From Antedon mediterranea (taxonomy: Eukaryota > Animalia > Echinodermata), in NCBI RefSeq assembly GCF_964355755.1, contig NC_092677.1, positions 18,064,101 to 18,128,100 of the forward strand: a DNA stretch of 64,000 nucleotides, in the 5' to 3' direction. Shown piece after piece: positions 59,542 through 64,000 of this stretch. Under the pieces are notes generated by a model. It did no database searches. It was not told the origin of the DNA and was given only the letters and a program-made list of their open reading frames with translations. A program made the position numbers and the translations under genes. Each line of letters starts with the position of its first letter. The stretch's first letter is position 1.

Positions 59542-60291
59542 GGCCCCGTTTCTGCTGCCAAAAATATACCGTACGGTACGGTATATTTTATATACGGTAT
59601 ATTTTTTGGCAGCAGAAATGGGTCTCATAAAAAATATCCCGTATATATATGCGGTACTGTATATATACCGCATAAATATCCCCATCGTTTGTGGATATTA
59701 TAATACGGTATATTCCAAAATATACCGTATATTTCGTACCCCGTTTCTGCTGCACTCAAAATATACCGTATGTGGCCCGGCCCATGACATGAGGTCAAAA
59801 ACTAACAGAGCGTGACGCGTTTGTTTGGTTTTTCTGCTGCATTGACACACACGTGTATAATAAGCAAGCAACAGATCAAAATATCACTGTGGACTGAAGA
59901 AATAACTATTTTTGCAATTAAATTGTGGGGAGAAGCGAATGTTGGGGGGAGACTGCATGGCAACAGAAGAGATTGCCCATTCTACATTTCTAGATTGTTT
60001 GTGCGATGTAAATTCGTTGCCACTTCTGCTCATTAGATTTAAAATAGAAAGCAATGCTACGACATTTTGAGAAACCATCATTGTTTTGTTTTTGTCATGT
60101 AACCTCACTACACGAGACTCTAGGTCAATCCATACTTCCGTCTCACAAAATGCATTTTGGGTAATGAAAGCCAACTTTTTTACAGCCCACCCATGAAGTA
60201 TGCGCAGTGGAAACGGTGCACGAATTTCATATACAGTATATATACGGTATATTTATACGGTATATTTGGGATTGGCAGCAGAAACAGGGCC
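59542..60291 (+). mobile_element. Harbinger non-autonomous element related to 50089-50912
   Basis: GGCCCCGTTTCTGCTGCCAA...TTGGCAGCAGAAACAGGGCC TIRs, TSD ATA; remnant WTEEITIFAIKLWGEANVGGRLHGNRRD. Confidence 0.86.
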
Positions 60292-63200
60292 ATATAGTAC
60301 CATCCTGTAAGTTATGATGATTCGTTGTTTGAAATGAGATAAAGAATAAAAGTCAAATGTCTGTACATATCTACATTATGTTACACCATGACAAACTAGC
60401 ATGTGAATAAAGCATTATAACTTTATTAGATTCTCGGAAAAATAACCATGAAAAATGTGCTAATGTGTTGAATACAGTATGTGTGAATCAGTTATAAAAC
60501 AGTATTGTCTATATACAGTAGTGCCTGTATTGTCAGTGCCTGGTAGGCATATCAAGCTGCAGCAGGACATATATGACACTGACAATGACCCTACATGAAC
60601 TATAAAAGATTAAAGGTAAAAAACAAACAAGTATACAAAATATCCGTTTACAATTATTTATCTAAAAAATTGGTTTTGGATGACATCAAGAAACACGTCA
60701 TATATCTAATATCTTAATAGGATGTTATTGCAGCAGCTGTTCTGATTGCCAAATGTACTGTATTTAAAGAGAATTGTTTTTTGTTGTGGAACATCATTAG
60801 AAAAAATAATTAAATCTTTAAAATATGTTTAACTTTGTACTGTAGATTCAATATCTATAAATATTTGTTATTAATCTATAGATGGTTGTAGACAATAACA
60901 GAAAAAAATGACATAAACTCTGTACTGTATGAACAAAATTAAAAGTTTACAAATAAATGTGATATTCAAAATATTTGTTTACAATTATTCATTTTTTTTA
61001 ACCCTTCTAAATAAGTCAGGATATATCCTATGATCTTATTGCAGTTGCCAGGTGCCAAAGAGAAAAATTATTATTTGTTATCGAACAATAGAAACCAATC
61101 TATGTTAATGGTCACTGTAGGTAGGGTGATGATGAAAAAAAAAATGTATCTGATTTTTTTTAATTCAAAAGATTTTTCCAATTTAAATATCGTTTTCGCA
61201 ATGATGTCATCTATTAAATGACATCAACCAACATCACATCTCATTTTGAGTACAGAAAAGAGGCAGCGTGTTTTACGATGCGCCATTTAAATATAAAATA
61301 CTTTACATAATTAATTGTTATTGACTATTCTAATTGCAACATTTTCTACAGTATCTATGAATGTCTTGGTATTTCATGAGGTAATTTCCCGATTGATCGT
61401 AATCAAAACGGTACTGGGTTTGGTCTACTAGCGTTCCTGCTCCCAACCAGTACATCCATTCATAGAAGCCTTAATGAAGTAAGCCTACCTGGTGGTGGCC
61501 ATAGAACGGTCCCGAGATAACGACTATACTTCGGCTTTAGTCGATAGAAGATTGAATAAATTGTTAGAGATAGAGTATACGATGTTATGATTATGTGTAG
61601 ATATGTGATTTGTTCTTTTTATTCCAATGATGTTATGTATTTAATAAATTTGTTATATCAATTAATTAAATTATCGTAGATTGCATATTATGCGATGAAT
61701 ATTATTTAATAAATTTTTGATATATTATTATTATTATATTAATAAAAAAGATATTTGTTAGTATAAATTAAAAAATATAGGTATAAGGAAGAAAACATTT
61801 TCTACAGTATGAATGTCTTGGTATTTCACACCAGTTCCAGTCAAGCTCCAGTCATCTGAAATTGCGCATACAGCATTTGCCACTTTTTGTTCACGTGACC
61901 AGGCATGCATATCGAACCAAAAATCAGTCCAGTTTATTATGCGTTCTTCATTTTAAAGTTTCTTCAAGTGTAGTTTGTATTCCGATTTCTACAGTATCTA
62001 GTATATATTTTATTACAACATATACATTTTTTTGGGGTCAAAATATGTTTTATTCTAAACATTCAACTCAGAATCTTGACTATAACTCAATAACAATGCA
62101 GTTAATTATATTTTTACATTGGAAATAAAATATTCTGAAATAATTACTACAACGATGTTATGCATGAATATGAAAAAAATTAAATATCGATATTTTAAAC
62201 TGTGGATTACCATCTATAAAGGTAATTTGTATTTTACATAATAAAGTTATTACCAAAGGCAATCATGAAGAGAATAACAAATAGCTAAACACTATAAATG
62301 CATAATAAATTCACAACAAAGGTCGAATTTAAAGCTTAATTCTGCCATCAATGGGGAAATAATTTCAGCATTTTCAACTATCAAAAAAAAAAAAGAAAAG
62401 CATTGAGACAGGGTACTGAATAAAGTCGACAAAATTTACGATGATAAACATTTGAAAAGGTCTTTTTCTCTCGAACGACTGAAATTGTCAGAAGAGAAAT
62501 TTGCGTTCTCTACTGGCAATGTAAACCAAATAATTCATTAACAAAACAAATGCTCTTTGCACAAGCCCGAAAACTATACTATCATGACCCTTGGATTAAA
62601 ATCTCCTTCATCAGGCGATCCATTCAAGCTAACCCAGTCAAGGAAGCCCTTCAACAGTCGGACCCAGCATATATTCGGATGCTGTTATGGAACCACAACT
62701 ATAGATTTCACAATATAACATCTGATAAAATTTTTGTTTTCATTTAAGTTCAAACTCAAATAACTCATTCATTAAAACCCAAGCAAACACCCACGGTATA
62801 TTATTTTAATGTTAAAGAAAGCGTATAATTATGTTCTTTTTCATTGACTATATGGACTTGTGCAATCAACTGATTAATTTAATTTTTTTTTTTATTGATT
62901 GAACTTTTTTATATGTTTTTATACGTTTATGTTATTTATGTATTATGAGGAGGGGAGACAGCTGGACTTGAGTCTCTATGTTGTCCTTCGATCAAATGAT
63001 ACTTTGTTGTTTTTTGTTTTGCTTACAATACATGTTGATATTTGCTGATTTTGGTCGAAATAAATGTTGAATTGAATACAAATATGACAAGATTCAAATC
63101 ACCATCATTATAACAAATTATTTAATACCGGCCTTACTTTACTTCTAATATTGTTAAATCCTCCCTGAAATCTCATTTTTTCCCCTGCATGAGAATTTTA

Positions 63201-64000
63201 TTATTGTTATTAATCATGCGCAAAAGCTTTCATAGCATAATGTGGCACACGATCTTGAGTTTAACTAACTAACAGTATTAATTCTGCACATATTTAATGT
63301 TTCCAAGTTTGTGCAGAATGACATTTTGACTCGACGGCTAGTAATGTGGCCCTCCTATCAAGAAAACAAATTAAAATTTAGTTGTGACCTGAAGCTTCAT
63401 CGTGTGGCAACCTAGTTTTAGTAGCAAGGCCTACTGTATTATTTATTGTTATGGAGTAAGTACTGTAGTTGATAATTATTCAATCTACTCAGATCATTTT
63501 ATTGCATTATAAATTTTATATCATACAGTAATTACTCTGGTAATACAGTAGCATGCTTTAATTAATTTGTATTGATTAAGAACTCAATGATGAATTATTC
63601 AGATCATGATTGCAATAGATTATTCAAGATTGCACAACCAATGCAACCAATTAGTACTTTAATAACTACTGTAAAAATTATGTTATGCAAAACATGTTTT
63701 GCCAATTTGTCATTTAAGCAGTGCATACTATACATTTAGACTGAATAGTACTGTAGTCTTATTAAATATAATAATAATAATAACATTAAATAATAATAAT
63801 ATTAATAATAATAATAATCTAATAGTACAATTCAATTTCTGGTTTTTCATGAATGTAGGTCAGAATGTGTCGGGTGGGAAAATCAATTTGCACATGTTCA
63901 GAAACATGTGCGATGAAGGATGGTGTAAAAAAATACTGACATTTTCTACTATAAGTATAAAAGACATTTCTACAAAGACTATAAACTGAAACTAATAGTT

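Noticed and set aside
59399-64000. Further 5' CMIP (PH-domain) exons
   Set aside because: No convincing match found by eye; they probably lie beyond the window.

Overview
Eukaryotic, AT-rich invertebrate genomic DNA. The 18S motifs (GACGGATCCTTC, AAGGCGATCAGATACCGCCCTAG) look echinoderm-like; a crinoid is plausible but inferred. (1) 0.3-10.5 kb: an intact-looking U6 snRNA gene, then a CpG-rich, intronless, decayed ORF island. The island contains an indel-riddled rDNA cassette in reversed order (28S piece then 18S piece), itself interrupted by a TIR element and two CR1/L2-type LINEs. (2) 10.7-18 kb: a cluster of non-autonomous Helitrons, a HINE/DINE-like element and tRNA-like modules. (3) 22.4-59.4 kb: the minus-strand CMIP (c-Maf-inducing protein) ortholog, with 15 in-frame exons traced by hand; its 5' exons were not found in the window. 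It has a tandemly duplicated alternative last exon, and its introns hold Harbinger, Tc1-pogo and Kolobok-like MITEs, LINE fragments and Penelope-type hammerhead-like inserts. All homology calls come from recalled sequences, not from database searches.
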